DNA of 64,000 nucleotides from an uncultured Gammaproteobacteria bacterium (lineage in GTDB: Bacteria; Pseudomonadota; Gammaproteobacteria; GCA-001735895): assembly GCA_964196115.1 (NCBI GenBank), contig CAXMRQ010000181.1, positions 223-64,222 of the forward strand, in the 5' to 3' direction. Numbering within the stretch: the first letter of the stretch is position 1; each line of letters starts with the position of its first letter. A program made the position numbers and the translations under genes. This document shows positions 46,616-57,259 of this stretch, piece by piece. The notes below the pieces were generated by a model, which worked only from the letters and a program-made list of their open reading frames with translations, did not search any database and had not been told where the DNA came from.

Positions 46616-47446
46616 ATGACGACATCATTCAAAGTAGCCTGCATTCAGAACACTGCGACCCGGAACATAGGTGCTAATATCGCCTGGGTTTGTGAGCGTA
46701 TCAGCGAGGCACGATCCGAAGGCGCCGATTTTATTACCATGCCAGAGACGGTTGGCTTGATCGAGCCGGTTAATGCGAATATTCCCGACGGCAGTTATAG
46801 CGAAGAGGAAGACGCTGGTCTGGGAGCTTTTCGGCACGCCGCGAGGGCACTGGAAGTGACTATTCTGGTCGGCTCGCAACTGATAAAAACAGTGGATAAC
46901 AAGATAGTTAATCGTAGTTTTCTGCTTGATACGCAAGGAGAGATTGTTGCGCGCTACGATAAGTTACACATGTTTGATATCGAACTCTCAAATGGCGAGT
47001 TTTACCGCGAGTCAGATGCTGTCGCGCCGGGAGATAAGGCAGTGCTGGCAACTACGCCCTGGGGCAAACTCGGCATGTCGGTTTGTTATGATTTACGCTT
47101 CGCCGCGCTTTATCGAACTTTGGCGCAACATGGCGCACAGTTTATTACTATTCCGGCGGCGTTTACCTACACAACTGGCAAGGCGCACTGGCATACGCTG
47201 GTTCGCGCCCGTGCGATCGAAACCGCCTGCTACGTGATCGCGCCGAATCAATGCGGCCACCATGTTGATAAAAGGAATTCCTGGGGGCACTCGCTAATCG
47301 TCGATCCCTGGGGTGAAATACTGGCCGATGGCGGGGCCGAGGCGGGTATTATTTATGCAGACATCGATTTATCTAAAGTGGATAAGGCGCGTAAAATGAT
47401 TCCGGCGCTTAAGCATGATCGCGCCTTTACGCTGGAGGAATACTAG
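46616..47446 (+). CDS. Carbon-nitrogen hydrolase (Nit1-like)
   Basis: PE, YDKLHMFD, CYDLRF and RARAIE motifs. Start placed at MTTSFKV. Confidence 0.9.
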   Translation: MTTSFKVACIQNTATRNIGANIAWVCERISEARSEGADFITMPETVGLIEPVNANIPDGSYSEEEDAGLGAFRHAARALEVTILVGSQLIKTVDNKIVNRSFLLDTQGEIVARYDKLHMFDIELSNGEFYRESDAVAPGDKAVLATTPWGKLGMSVCYDLRFAALYRTLAQHGAQFITIPAAFTYTTGKAHWHTLVRARAIETACYVIAPNQCGHHVDKRNSWGHSLIVDPWGEILADGGAEAGIIYADIDLSKVDKARKMIPALKHDRAFTLEEY

Positions 47447-48525
47447 CCTGGAAAATTCCTGGGGCAGGGTCGATTCTCCTTCGAGGTTCCGTCTGCCCAT
47501 GAAGCCAGGCACAGTTCGCGCGCGGTTCTATCCATCGCACCAATTTCTTCTACACTATCGAAAAAGGCGGAAAAGTCGTAATCCAAATCCTTGATGATTG
47601 CCAAAAAAGCGGGTACGTGGATATTGTAGGCAGAAATTGATCCAATCTTGGCATTGTTCAATTCGCCTGCGAACCAGTCTTTAAATCCATCTGTATAATT
47701 TAATCTTTCTGTGATCGCGGAATATTCCTCGCGGCTGGTGGTAAAAATAGCCTGCTTTTTATCACGTTTAATCGCATCATCCAATTGCGTCCTGTACAGC
47801 AGGCTTAACTTTCCTCGGGTCCGCTCTATCAGCAGGATCACTTCACGCTTGTATTCAATCCAGCGCATGAATTCATCCAGTTGTGTATTCTCGTTAATCG
47901 ATTTCAGCCATAGCTCGGTACCTGCCTGTTGCACCGTGACTGCCAGAGATTCGTTGAACTGGGTATCGTCATCGATATAAATTCGCTGGTGGGTTAGCTC
48001 GTGAAACAACAGGCCAGCGAGACGGTAATCCGGCCAGTTGATAAAGCTGCTCAATACCGGGTCGTCGAACCAGCCTAATGTCGAATAGGCCGGGACGTAA
48101 CCAATGTGAATGTCAAAATTCTCTGCCCTGAGCTGATCGACGTATTCACTTAGCAGTTCTTCATCGTAGTAACCACGATAGCTCAGGCAGCCGACGACTG
48201 GGAAACACCAGTTATGCAGTTGCGTAGAAAATTCGTTTGCGGCAAACAAATTTTGCAGCAGGTATGGCCTATCGAGCTGGACGTAGTTGCCGTAACTCCC
48301 TGTCTCAGGTAAGGCTAGTTTATCGACCGAAAATTCCCTTATTTGTTGGACCAGTAGCAGGCGCTGCCGCAGGTCGGCATCGAGGTCAGGCCGTTCCAGC
48401 ATGTCATCGATATCCACTCGTTTGTTCATCAAAGCGAGATGCCCTTTCGTCGAATGCCAGTAGTAGCCGAGATCGGAGCAGGCGCTCAGTAGAAAAATGA
48501 TGGTCAATAGAAAAAGTACACGCAT
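47443..48525 (-). CDS. Predicted zinc aminopeptidase lipoprotein
   Basis: LSAC lipobox, AYSTLGWFDDP and HELTH...FNES motifs. Confidence 0.85.
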   Translation of the reverse strand: MRVLFLLTIIFLLSACSDLGYYWHSTKGHLALMNKRVDIDDMLERPDLDADLRQRLLLVQQIREFSVDKLALPETGSYGNYVQLDRPYLLQNLFAANEFSTQLHNWCFPVVGCLSYRGYYDEELLSEYVDQLRAENFDIHIGYVPAYSTLGWFDDPVLSSFINWPDYRLAGLLFHELTHQRIYIDDDTQFNESLAVTVQQAGTELWLKSINENTQLDEFMRWIEYKREVILLIERTRGKLSLLYRTQLDDAIKRDKKQAIFTTSREEYSAITERLNYTDGFKDWFAGELNNAKIGSISAYNIHVPAFLAIIKDLDYDFSAFFDSVEEIGAMDRTARELCLASWADGTSKENRPCPRNFPG

Positions 48526-48596
48526 AAACTAAATCAGAGTTTTTATTGTGGTCAACAACCAGTATTCTCTCACATTCGGAAAACTAGAGAATAACC

Positions 48597-49724
48597 ATGA
48601 TAATTTCCAGTGCCTTCGACGCAGGCAATATCGAGTGCCTCGATGATAGCGATGCGAGCAATGTCGTATTACATATTCGAGCCGACAATCAATCTGATTT
48701 TTATCAATGGTTTTATTTTCGTGCGGCCAATGTAAAAGGTCTCGACTGCCGATATGTCATCGACAATGCGGCGGGTGCTGCTTATGTCGGCGGTTGGAAG
48801 GATTATCGGGCGGTAGCCTCCTATGATCGCGAATACTGGTTTCGAGTCGACACCTCGTTCGATGGCAAACAGTTGATTATCGAACATACCAGCGAGCAGG
48901 ATCAGGTTTACTTCGCCTATTTTGCACCCTATTCGATGGAGCGCCACGCCGATTTAATCGCGTTTGCGCAATCGAGTGATCGTTGTCAGGCCGAAACACT
49001 TGGCCATACGCTAGATGGTCAGGCCATTGACTGCCTGCGCTTCGGCGAGCCCGACGATGCAAAAAAAGTAATATGGATGGTAGCCCGTCAGCATCCGGGA
49101 GAATCGATGGCGGAATGGTGGATGGAAGGTCTGATCAACCGACTGGTTGATGACAGCGATCCGGTAGTTAAAGCGGTTTTAAAAAAAGCCGTGATATACC
49201 TGGTGCCAAATATGAATCCTGACGGCAGTCGACGTGGTCATTTACGCACTAACGCCGTTGGTGTAAATCTGAATCGTGAATGGCACGCTTCGAGTATGGA
49301 GAAGAGTCCGGAGGTTTATCACGTGCTCGAAAAAATAAAAACCACTGGCCTCGATTTCGGACTCGATGTGCATGGTGACGAAGCCTTACCCTATAACTTC
49401 ATCGCGGGCACCGAAGGTATTCCAGGCTGGAATGATGCGCGCCAGAAAAAGCTCGATCTTTACAAAAATACGCTGGCAGGCGTCAACCCCGATTTTCAAA
49501 CCGAAAACGGCTACCCATCCAATAGGGCCGGAAATGCCAATCTGAGCTATTGCTCAAATGCGCTGGCGGAAATGTTTAATGTCCCCGTGATGACACTCGA
49601 AATGCCATTTAAGGATGCCGCCGACACGCCCGATAGCGAGCAGGGTTGGAGTCCGGAGCGTTGCATGAAGCTGGGTGGTAGTTGCCTGGATGCGCTGCAT
49701 TTGAGCTGGAATGAGATGGTTTAA
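48597..49724 (+). CDS. M14-type cytosolic carboxypeptidase
   Basis: FDAGN, YQWFYF, RQHPGE, NPDG, LNR, DVHGDE and TLEMP motifs. Confidence 0.9.
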   Translation: MIISSAFDAGNIECLDDSDASNVVLHIRADNQSDFYQWFYFRAANVKGLDCRYVIDNAAGAAYVGGWKDYRAVASYDREYWFRVDTSFDGKQLIIEHTSEQDQVYFAYFAPYSMERHADLIAFAQSSDRCQAETLGHTLDGQAIDCLRFGEPDDAKKVIWMVARQHPGESMAEWWMEGLINRLVDDSDPVVKAVLKKAVIYLVPNMNPDGSRRGHLRTNAVGVNLNREWHASSMEKSPEVYHVLEKIKTTGLDFGLDVHGDEALPYNFIAGTEGIPGWNDARQKKLDLYKNTLAGVNPDFQTENGYPSNRAGNANLSYCSNALAEMFNVPVMTLEMPFKDAADTPDSEQGWSPERCMKLGGSCLDALHLSWNEMV

Positions 49725-49754
49725 ACAATGCCTCGTTAACACACCGATTATCTC

Positions 49755-49821
49755 GTAGGGTCGAATTTATTCGACCAATAATAATTATCCAGATTTATCG
49801 GTCGAATAAATTTGACCCTAC
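49755..49821. repeat. Inverted GTAG-type REP doublet
   Basis: GTAGGGTCGAATTTATTCGACC (49755-49776) and GGTCGAATAAATTTGACCCTAC (49800-49821). Confidence 0.85.
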
Positions 49822-49845
49822 AGCCGGAATGACCAATAAATCAGG

Positions 49846-50907
49846 CTACATTTCCCCCGGCATTTCCACATCCAGCTTTTCCGCCCAGGGTTTTAAATCT
49901 TGCATTATCGTCGGATACAACTCGACTCCATTGGTCAGTTGTTGCTGACGACTCTGCCAGGCGCGTTTACCTGGAACGCGTACGGGATCGTCGCCCGGTC
50001 GCGTTGCGCTGTTTTCACAGAGAGATTTAATCGCTTCGGCCTGGCGTTTGAAATCAATCAATGACCCAAAAGCCTCCGGATCGAACATCTGTATAAACAC
50101 CGAATTCGCCTCACCATCGGTGGCTGTGCTGTCGTCGGCTCGCCCGTATCCTCCCAGTCCCATGCTGAGAATTTCGGTCATTAAAGATAGCGCGGAGCCT
50201 TTATAACCATGCGACAAACCACCGACTGGTAGAATGCTACCCGGGGGCTCGGCGAAAAATACCGCCGGGTCGTCGGTGACTTCGCCGTTATGATCTTTGA
50301 GATATTTACCAGGTAATTTTTCGCCTTCGCGCAGTGCGCGACTGATATATCCGCCTGCGGTGATACACATGCTAATATCGAATAAAACAGGATAGTCGTC
50401 TCCCGGCGCGACAAAAGCGAGTGGATTAGCCGAGAATACCGGGTCGATGCCACCGTGCGCGCAGACGTTATTTTCGTTTGGTGACGAGCAGGTAATTATC
50501 GCAACGTAACCTGCCTCGGCGATTTGCGGGCAGTAAGCACCGAGGCTGGCAATATGCTGGCTGCGTCGAATCGTTGAGCAGACAATACCGCGCTCCGTCA
50601 CACGATCCATGCATTGTTTGATCGCCTGCGATACTACCCAGGGGCCGGGCAGAAAATTGGCGTCCCAGTTAAACAGGTTACCGCGATCAGCCAGAACGGT
50701 GGGTTCGCCGTTAATTTTCGATTGCCCTTGCTCTAACCAGGTTAAATTGCTCGCTACCCGGTTCATACCATGAGTGGTGAAGCCGAGTAGGTCGCCCTCC
50801 AGAAATACCGATGCCATCACCCGGGCGCGTTCTGTAGAAAGCCCGACTGCTTCAAATAATGAGGATGAGAATTGGAGTAAAGAATCGTAAGAATAACGGT
50901 CAGGCAT
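49846..50907 (-). CDS. Ldh_2 (type 2 malate/L-lactate dehydrogenase) family oxidoreductase
   Basis: THG, H.A.LG.Y, NPLAF, GYKG and VRVPG motifs. Confidence 0.85.
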   Translation of the reverse strand: MPDRYSYDSLLQFSSSLFEAVGLSTERARVMASVFLEGDLLGFTTHGMNRVASNLTWLEQGQSKINGEPTVLADRGNLFNWDANFLPGPWVVSQAIKQCMDRVTERGIVCSTIRRSQHIASLGAYCPQIAEAGYVAIITCSSPNENNVCAHGGIDPVFSANPLAFVAPGDDYPVLFDISMCITAGGYISRALREGEKLPGKYLKDHNGEVTDDPAVFFAEPPGSILPVGGLSHGYKGSALSLMTEILSMGLGGYGRADDSTATDGEANSVFIQMFDPEAFGSLIDFKRQAEAIKSLCENSATRPGDDPVRVPGKRAWQSRQQQLTNGVELYPTIMQDLKPWAEKLDVEMPGEM

Positions 50908-50997
50908 GGTCAGAAAATAGCGGTTAGTGAGCGTTAATCATAGCAGTAGTGTCTTGTAAAAACCCGATGGGTTGAGTTAAATTTGGGGCACAAAGGT

Positions 50998-51130
50998 GAA
51001 TGGCACTTACTTAAGGCCGTCATTCCTGCGAAGGCAGGAATCTATTGGGCTTGAAAGTGTTGTTTTAAAAGATTCCTGCCTTCGCAGGAATGACGAATTT
51101 CTTGTTTCGGTACTTAAGTAAGTACCATTC
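50998..51130. repeat. Palindromic composite: 18-bp outer IRs around an inverted CGTC-type REP doublet
   Basis: GAATGGCACTTACTTAAG / CTTAAGTAAGTACCATTC (17/18) enclose CGTCATTCCTGCGAAGGCAGGAATCT (51018-51043) and its exact reverse complement (51070-51095). Confidence 0.85.
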
Positions 51131-51133
51131 GGG

Positions 51134-51874
51134 TCAACGGTCGATTTGATTTTCAACCATTTTTGCTTGTCTCAGGGCAAGCTTGATAATGGTTGAAATA
51201 ATACCGATCCCTGCAAACAACACACCTTTAAAAGTACCGCTGATTTTCGATTGCCCGACTCGTCGGCGGTAGTGCACCGGTACTTCAGTCATTCGTAGAC
51301 CAAATTGAATGGCTTTCACCTGCATTTCCACAGTCCAGCCGAAACTACGATTCTGCATGTCGAGTTTTTGTAGCGCTTCGAATCGAATTGCACGAAATGG
51401 ACCAAGATCGCTGACTGCTATTTGCCAGATCAGGCGAATTAAAAAACTCGCCAGCAGGTTGCCAAAAAGCTGGGGTGGGCTCATCGACCCTGGCTCCCGC
51501 AAATGCTGCTTTCTCGATCCAATGACCAGATCCGCTCCGTCGTAGATCGCACTCACTAAATCTTTAGCTTCGTCAACCTTCAGCGACTGGTCTGCATCAA
51601 TAAATACGATGATATCGGTTTGGTCAATCGATGATAATGCCGCCAGGCAGGCCGCGCCGTAACCCGCACAGGGCTCAAAAACCACTTCCGCACCTCCTCT
51701 GGCAGCAATGGACTGAGTATCGTCACTTGACGCGTTATCACAAACCACAATTCGATCAAACAGTGGTTCACCATCGATATTCATGACTGCCCTGATATCC
51801 CGAATTACCAGGGCAATCGCTAGTGCCTCATCCCTTGCCGGGACTACCGCGACGATATGGTGATGCTTAAACAT
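51134..51874 (-). CDS. Glycosyltransferase family 2 (DPM1-like)
   Basis: VPARDE, DNASSD, GYGAAC, IDAD and DLGPFR motifs. Confidence 0.9.
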   Translation of the reverse strand: MFKHHHIVAVVPARDEALAIALVIRDIRAVMNIDGEPLFDRIVVCDNASSDDTQSIAARGGAEVVFEPCAGYGAACLAALSSIDQTDIIVFIDADQSLKVDEAKDLVSAIYDGADLVIGSRKQHLREPGSMSPPQLFGNLLASFLIRLIWQIAVSDLGPFRAIRFEALQKLDMQNRSFGWTVEMQVKAIQFGLRMTEVPVHYRRRVGQSKISGTFKGVLFAGIGIISTIIKLALRQAKMVENQIDR

Positions 51875-53285
51875 GGTGGGGTATATATCGGGATTGCTTT
51901 TTCGCCGTAAAATTATCGATTAGTAGTAATCCGCACACCGGCAGGTACTGTAGCCAGACGATATACTGATCGAATAATTCTGCCTGCCCGCGCACGTCGA
52001 AATGAAATCGTAAATAATAAATTGGCATTAATGCGGTCAATAATAACAGCCCTCGCTGTGGATAGAGGCACAGTAGCGGGGCAAACCAGATTGCATACCA
52101 GGGATACTGCGTCGGGCTGAGCAAAAAGAGGGCGGCGATTAACCAGCAAAAATGCTTAACCAGTACTTCATTGCTGACTGCTTGCCGGAGGTTTAGATAA
52201 GCGGCTAGACCAGCAAGAAAGCTTACGACCAGGGCTCTGGCCAGCAACGCGGTGTCAAGGCTGCCGAAAGGCATCGCCACATAATGTGCGAATGTTAAAA
52301 ATAATTGAAACAAACCGGTATTTCGTTGCCAGCTTTGCGAATATTCTGAAAGTCCCGAATCTGTGCCCAGAGCAAAATAGAATAGAGGGCCAATCACGAT
52401 TAACGTCGTAACAGTGGTTACCAACAAAGCGATCGCCAGATTTCGCGGATTTGCCAGCAGAGGTCTTAGGCCAAAAGGCAATAGCAACAATGGCCAGAGT
52501 TTGATTCCAGCCGCTAAAGCTAGTAGGACACTGGCGAGTAACTGTCGCCTGCGTAGAAGCAGTAAAACTGTTCCGAGAATCAGCGGCACCAACAGGGCGT
52601 CCATATGTGCAGAGTTGAATATTTCTTTGATAACCAGTGGATTCCACCAATACAGCGTCGACCAGAGCGGCGAGCGTTTTAAATCGCCTAATAAAACTAG
52701 TAGCAGACAGAAACTGCTAATTTCGAAGATTAATAATAGCAGTCGCCAGACATCCAGATTCCAGGCATCGACCCAGCTTGCAAAGGCGAACATCATCTGT
52801 GCCAGTGGTGGGTAGATGGTTTTCAGATTGGCGTAATTGATTCGCTCAAAAACGTGACCGGCTTGCTGCGACAGAACCAGAAACCTGCTATCAAAGGTGA
52901 CATTTTCAGGCGCGAGCAAATAGGGGTTATAGCCCTGTGCGACTACCGAACCGTCCCACAGATAGCGATAAAAATCGACTTCGAGAATCGGCGTTGTATC
53001 GAATAGTAAAATGCGCATCGCTAATCCTGATAGCAGCACCAACAATAGCGTCACTCTACCCGGCGTTATTTGCGGTATCAGCCGAGGTAGTGAGAGAAAT
53101 ACCAGGCCGACGGCAATTTGCGACGCCACAAAGGGTAGGATTGGTGTATTAATTAGATCAATTTCAAACAGGAACCGATCGGAAATCAGGCGCAGGAAAA
53201 TCGTTTCTAAAACTAGCAACAGCCCAATACAGGCGAATATTGCAGTCGCCGGCTCAATCGAAACTATGGTGTGTCTGATACGCAT
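51867..53285 (-). CDS. Polytopic GT-C-type (GT87-like) glycosyltransferase
   Basis: DFYRYLWDG, TIYPP, WNPL, H.D and PWY motifs with many TM segments. Confidence 0.7.
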   Translation of the reverse strand: MRIRHTIVSIEPATAIFACIGLLLVLETIFLRLISDRFLFEIDLINTPILPFVASQIAVGLVFLSLPRLIPQITPGRVTLLLVLLSGLAMRILLFDTTPILEVDFYRYLWDGSVVAQGYNPYLLAPENVTFDSRFLVLSQQAGHVFERINYANLKTIYPPLAQMMFAFASWVDAWNLDVWRLLLLIFEISSFCLLLVLLGDLKRSPLWSTLYWWNPLVIKEIFNSAHMDALLVPLILGTVLLLLRRRQLLASVLLALAAGIKLWPLLLLPFGLRPLLANPRNLAIALLVTTVTTLIVIGPLFYFALGTDSGLSEYSQSWQRNTGLFQLFLTFAHYVAMPFGSLDTALLARALVVSFLAGLAAYLNLRQAVSNEVLVKHFCWLIAALFLLSPTQYPWYAIWFAPLLCLYPQRGLLLLTALMPIYYLRFHFDVRGQAELFDQYIVWLQYLPVCGLLLIDNFTAKKQSRYIPHHV

Positions 53286-54157
53286 TAACTACCCCGGCTA
53301 CCGACGCGCCCGGCCCCATGATCCTTAGCGTTTGGATCGTTGATCGTCCAGTCGAAATGATGCTGACTAATTTTATACTGGCCCTCCATAGACGTTTTCA
53401 GTTTGGCATCGGCATATTGGCGTAGATGTGCGATGACGCCAGCGGCGTTGCCACCAAAATCGTCCTGAAACCAGCTATAAATACTTGAGACCCGCAACAG
53501 GCTATAGTTAATGCTAGCGCCCCGCGGGTGGTTAATAAATTCGCGAGCCGCCCGATCCAGCATGAAATCGATATTTTCGGCGCTAAACGCACTAGATTGT
53601 AAGTTCGGACAACCGATAGCCGCGCAATTAACCGAATAGTGAATTCTCGGGTCTTGCCAGATAGGCCGCAGGATGCGATGTTCGATATCGTCGAGGGTAA
53701 GGTTCTCACCTTCGATTTTGATTAGGTCGTCGCGCCATGGTCCTGACGAAAACAGGCTAGACGAAATCTCACGGATAGTACTCACCGGATAATGTTGCAG
53801 TATTGTGTCTACAGTGAGCGAGTTGTATAGATTAATCCAGAATGCGAGTTGCTCATTGCGATTGAACTCACTTATAGGGGTAGTTGCCATCGCGGCTAAA
53901 TATGACCGTAATTGCAACTGATCGGCTGCTGTCACCTCAGCATAGTTAAAACGGTTTACATTGTCTTTTTTAACTAATACATAACGATGGAGTAATTCGT
54001 TCCATGCGCTGTGGTCGATAGTACGAGTCGAACCGGCGTCGTGTTTAGCCCAACGCGGCCACAAATCCGCCGAAGGTGCAGCCTGTAATTGACTCGTTGT
54101 TACCGTGATTAAAACGAACAGACACAGGCTTAAAAGATTTTTGGACTGCCTAATCAT
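53285..54157 (-). CDS. DUF547-domain exported protein
   Basis: AFWINLYN, LDDIEH.ILR and RIHYSVNCAAIGCP motifs. Confidence 0.88.
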   Translation of the reverse strand: MIRQSKNLLSLCLFVLITVTTSQLQAAPSADLWPRWAKHDAGSTRTIDHSAWNELLHRYVLVKKDNVNRFNYAEVTAADQLQLRSYLAAMATTPISEFNRNEQLAFWINLYNSLTVDTILQHYPVSTIREISSSLFSSGPWRDDLIKIEGENLTLDDIEHRILRPIWQDPRIHYSVNCAAIGCPNLQSSAFSAENIDFMLDRAAREFINHPRGASINYSLLRVSSIYSWFQDDFGGNAAGVIAHLRQYADAKLKTSMEGQYKISQHHFDWTINDPNAKDHGAGRVGSRGS

Positions 54158-54406
54158 AGTGGCACCTACGCTACATAAGTTGGATTGATTTGTCGATGTC
54201 GAGCAGTTTTGACCGGGACCAGTTGTTATTGTTCCTTAGTCCTGTCCCATGTTGATAATATCACGACGGTATAGCAGCTAAAGGCGCCTACTGTTGGTGT
54301 GCATACTTTCATGATCCAACTGCGGTTTCTAGGTTTGACAGGGGATATTGCCGCAGATCGAAACAGGGCGTATATTTGCGCGCCTAAATCGTTAAACCAG
54401 GATTTG

Positions 54407-55753
54407 ATGAAAACCGAATTACTTTGCCCTGCAGGCACACTGAAAAGTATGCAGTATGCCTTTTCTTATGGAGCCGATGCAGTCTACGCGGGCCAACCGC
54501 GTTATTCCCTGCGCGTTCGAAATAATGAATTTAACAAGCTGGAAAATATCGCCAGCGCGATTCAGATAGCGCACGAGAAAAACAAGCTGTTTTATATCGC
54601 CAGTAATCTCGCCCCGCATAACAATAAGGTGCGAACCTACCTGCGCGACATGCAGGAAGTCATCGAAATGCAACCCGACGCGATTATCATGTCTGACCCC
54701 GGTCTCATCATGATGGTACGCGATCGTTGGCCTGAAATACCGGTACACCTCTCGGTGCAGGCTAATGTGGTTAATTTCGCGTCGGTCAAGTTCTGGCAAT
54801 CGCTGGGACTGACTCGCATTATTCTGTCGCGCGAATTATCGCTGGATGAAATTGCCGAGATACGTCAGGAATGCCCCGATATTGAACTGGAAACATTCGT
54901 CCACGGCGCGTTGTGTATCGCTTACTCGGGGCGATGCCTGTTGTCGGGTTATATGACGCATCGCGATTCCAACCAGGGTGCCTGCACTAACTCATGTCGC
55001 TGGAAGTACGATGCACACGAAGCGGAACAAACGCTGGAAGGCGATATTGTTGCCAAACACCCCGACGATGGGGTTGAAACTTACCTGCCTTCAGGCACCG
55101 AAGATCAGGTTTTTCTATTGCAGGAACAGGGCCGTCCGGGCGAGTACATGCCAGCCTATGAAGATGAGCATGGCACCTACATTATGAATTCCAAAGATCT
55201 GCGCGCGATCCAGCATGTACAACAATTGATCGATATCGGCATCGACTCACTCAAAATCGAAGGACGTACCAAGTCACATTTTTACGTGGCCCGTACTGCA
55301 CAGCTATACCGCCGCGCTATTGACGATGCGCTTGCAGGCCAGTCATTTGATATGGACTTGATGGTTCAACTAGAAAGCCTGTCCAATCGTGGGTACACGG
55401 AAGGGTTTTACCGGCGTCATGTGCCGAAGGAATTTCAAAATTACGAAAGCGGTCATTCGGCATCGCATCGACATCAGTTCGTTGGCGAGATTACTGCGCT
55501 CAATCCGGACAATAGCCTGTCGGTCGAAGTCAAGAATCGATTTGCCGTGGGAGACACGCTGGAATTCATGACACCCGAAGGTAATGTCGAGAGCACCCTG
55601 GATACCATGTACCAGGAGCGCAACGGCGATCCGATAGAAGTAGCTCCTGGCAGCGGTCACCGGGTGCGTATTCCGCTGCCGGAGAATGTGCCGGTTAATG
55701 AAATCACCAAAGGATTATTGTTACGTAATCTGGAAAAATCGATTTGTAGTTAG
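54407..55753 (+). CDS. trhP: U32-family tRNA hydroxylation protein (YegQ/TrhP)
   Basis: ELLCPAG, GQPRYSLRVRNNEF, HGALCIAYSGRC and KIEGR motifs. Start placed at MKTELL. Confidence 0.9.
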   Translation: MKTELLCPAGTLKSMQYAFSYGADAVYAGQPRYSLRVRNNEFNKLENIASAIQIAHEKNKLFYIASNLAPHNNKVRTYLRDMQEVIEMQPDAIIMSDPGLIMMVRDRWPEIPVHLSVQANVVNFASVKFWQSLGLTRIILSRELSLDEIAEIRQECPDIELETFVHGALCIAYSGRCLLSGYMTHRDSNQGACTNSCRWKYDAHEAEQTLEGDIVAKHPDDGVETYLPSGTEDQVFLLQEQGRPGEYMPAYEDEHGTYIMNSKDLRAIQHVQQLIDIGIDSLKIEGRTKSHFYVARTAQLYRRAIDDALAGQSFDMDLMVQLESLSNRGYTEGFYRRHVPKEFQNYESGHSASHRHQFVGEITALNPDNSLSVEVKNRFAVGDTLEFMTPEGNVESTLDTMYQERNGDPIEVAPGSGHRVRIPLPENVPVNEITKGLLLRNLEKSICS

Positions 55754-55784
55754 GGGGACTGGTGATTATCACGCTGTCATTATA

Positions 55785-55883
55785 AGATTCCTCCCTTCGC
55801 AGGAATGACGGGGTAGGGCGCAGTCATTCCTAAATAACTCATCACCTCGAAATAACTCATCATTCCTGCGCAGGCAGGAATCT
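55785..55883. repeat. CGTC-type REP copies between convergent genes
   Basis: AGATTCCTCCCTTCGCAGGAATGACG (55785-55810) and TCATTCCTGCGCAGGCAGGAATCT (55860-55883). Confidence 0.8.
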
Positions 55884-55915
55884 TACCAAATCAAGTTTAA
55901 TTGCCTTGAATTATC

Positions 55916-57259
55916 TTAAAAATACCAGGCCAACTGCATGAACACCGATTCACCAACACTTAACGGCTGCCCCGGAACACCCGAGTCAATGCCGCCGAAT
56001 TCCGAGCCATCGTCGCCTATCGGAAAATGAGCAGCTATCAGCAATTGTAAATTTTGCTGTAAGTCGTGTTGGCTCATAATCTGTAGCATTAGCGAACCAT
56101 CGTCCAGGTTGACAAAAACATTCGGCGTGAACAACCACAGCGGCGCCAATTCAATCGTCGCCGATGCGGCCAGATAATGTTGCCCGAGGGTAAACAGTTC
56201 TCCACGGGCTATGCGTTGCAGCAACTCTGGATGGGCACCCAGGTTAACCGGACTGTAATCGCCATCGTCGATGCCGAATCCGTTACGGTAATATTCCACC
56301 GCCGCGCTGACGTTTTTATTCCAGGCAACCCAGGAGTAGGAAATATTGATTACTCCGCTAACCACAGAGTCGTTGGCAATATCGGCTACTACGAGATCAC
56401 TGCGCCATATCGCCCCGCCTGCGTTGACAACCGCGCCGAGGCCAATGGTGCGATGATCGAAATGTTCAGCGAATAACATATCGAATTCGTAGTCGCCCAG
56501 AAACCAGTGGTATTTGGCTGCGCTGGAGGCGACGTCGGAATCGATATCACCGTTGGTATCGCGCCGCCCGACCCAGACAGCCTGTAGGTCGTTGCCGCTA
56601 TCGAACAGGTATTGGCCGTAGATCATATCGTCGCCGGTTTTATATTCTTTATCGACAGCGGCCGGGTCGAATGGGTTGAAAAAGTCCATCGGGTTATAGA
56701 TCAATCCATTCCCCCAGGAGATGGCCTGGCGACCTATCTTGAAAACGGACTGGTCGGAGCTGTAGTTGACATACAGTCGATCGAGGCGATGCGCGGTGAT
56801 CGAACCATCATCCTGGCTAATAATATGGGTTAAATCCATTAATCGCGTTTCATCGTCGGTTATCAATTGCGAAATAAATCCAAAACCGGGGTTTTGTTGC
56901 AGCATTGAAATGGCATCGCCGGTTTTGATTATCAGTTGATAGTCGGCCTGCAATGCCCAGGCGTCTTTATAAGCGGAAATATCTAAACGCAGGTCGGCGT
57001 TGTTGTCCCAGGCCGGGTCATCGGTTAAGTTCTGAAACAGGCTGTCGGTTGGGTAATTGGTTAGAAGAGACTGGTACTTGATGTGGCCTTTGTAGTGGTA
57101 GTCGGGTGTTGCTGATGTTATAGGTGAGGTTATAGTAATTAGAGTGAACAGGGTTGTTTGGAATAATCTTTGGTAATTGAAATCGAAGCGAGTTGCAATG
57201 GATGCCGACGATCCGACGCTTCGCTCAAGCCCGGAATGACGAAGGCGAGGAACAGTCAT
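55916..57259 (-). CDS. Probable outer-membrane beta-barrel associated with the ABC operon
   Basis: RLDRLY, GRQAISWG and D.EYK.G.D motifs, C-terminal QLAWYF; ATGA overlap with the ATPase gene. Confidence 0.7.
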   Translation of the reverse strand: MTVPRLRHSGLERSVGSSASIATRFDFNYQRLFQTTLFTLITITSPITSATPDYHYKGHIKYQSLLTNYPTDSLFQNLTDDPAWDNNADLRLDISAYKDAWALQADYQLIIKTGDAISMLQQNPGFGFISQLITDDETRLMDLTHIISQDDGSITAHRLDRLYVNYSSDQSVFKIGRQAISWGNGLIYNPMDFFNPFDPAAVDKEYKTGDDMIYGQYLFDSGNDLQAVWVGRRDTNGDIDSDVASSAAKYHWFLGDYEFDMLFAEHFDHRTIGLGAVVNAGGAIWRSDLVVADIANDSVVSGVINISYSWVAWNKNVSAAVEYYRNGFGIDDGDYSPVNLGAHPELLQRIARGELFTLGQHYLAASATIELAPLWLFTPNVFVNLDDGSLMLQIMSQHDLQQNLQLLIAAHFPIGDDGSEFGGIDSGVPGQPLSVGESVFMQLAWYF

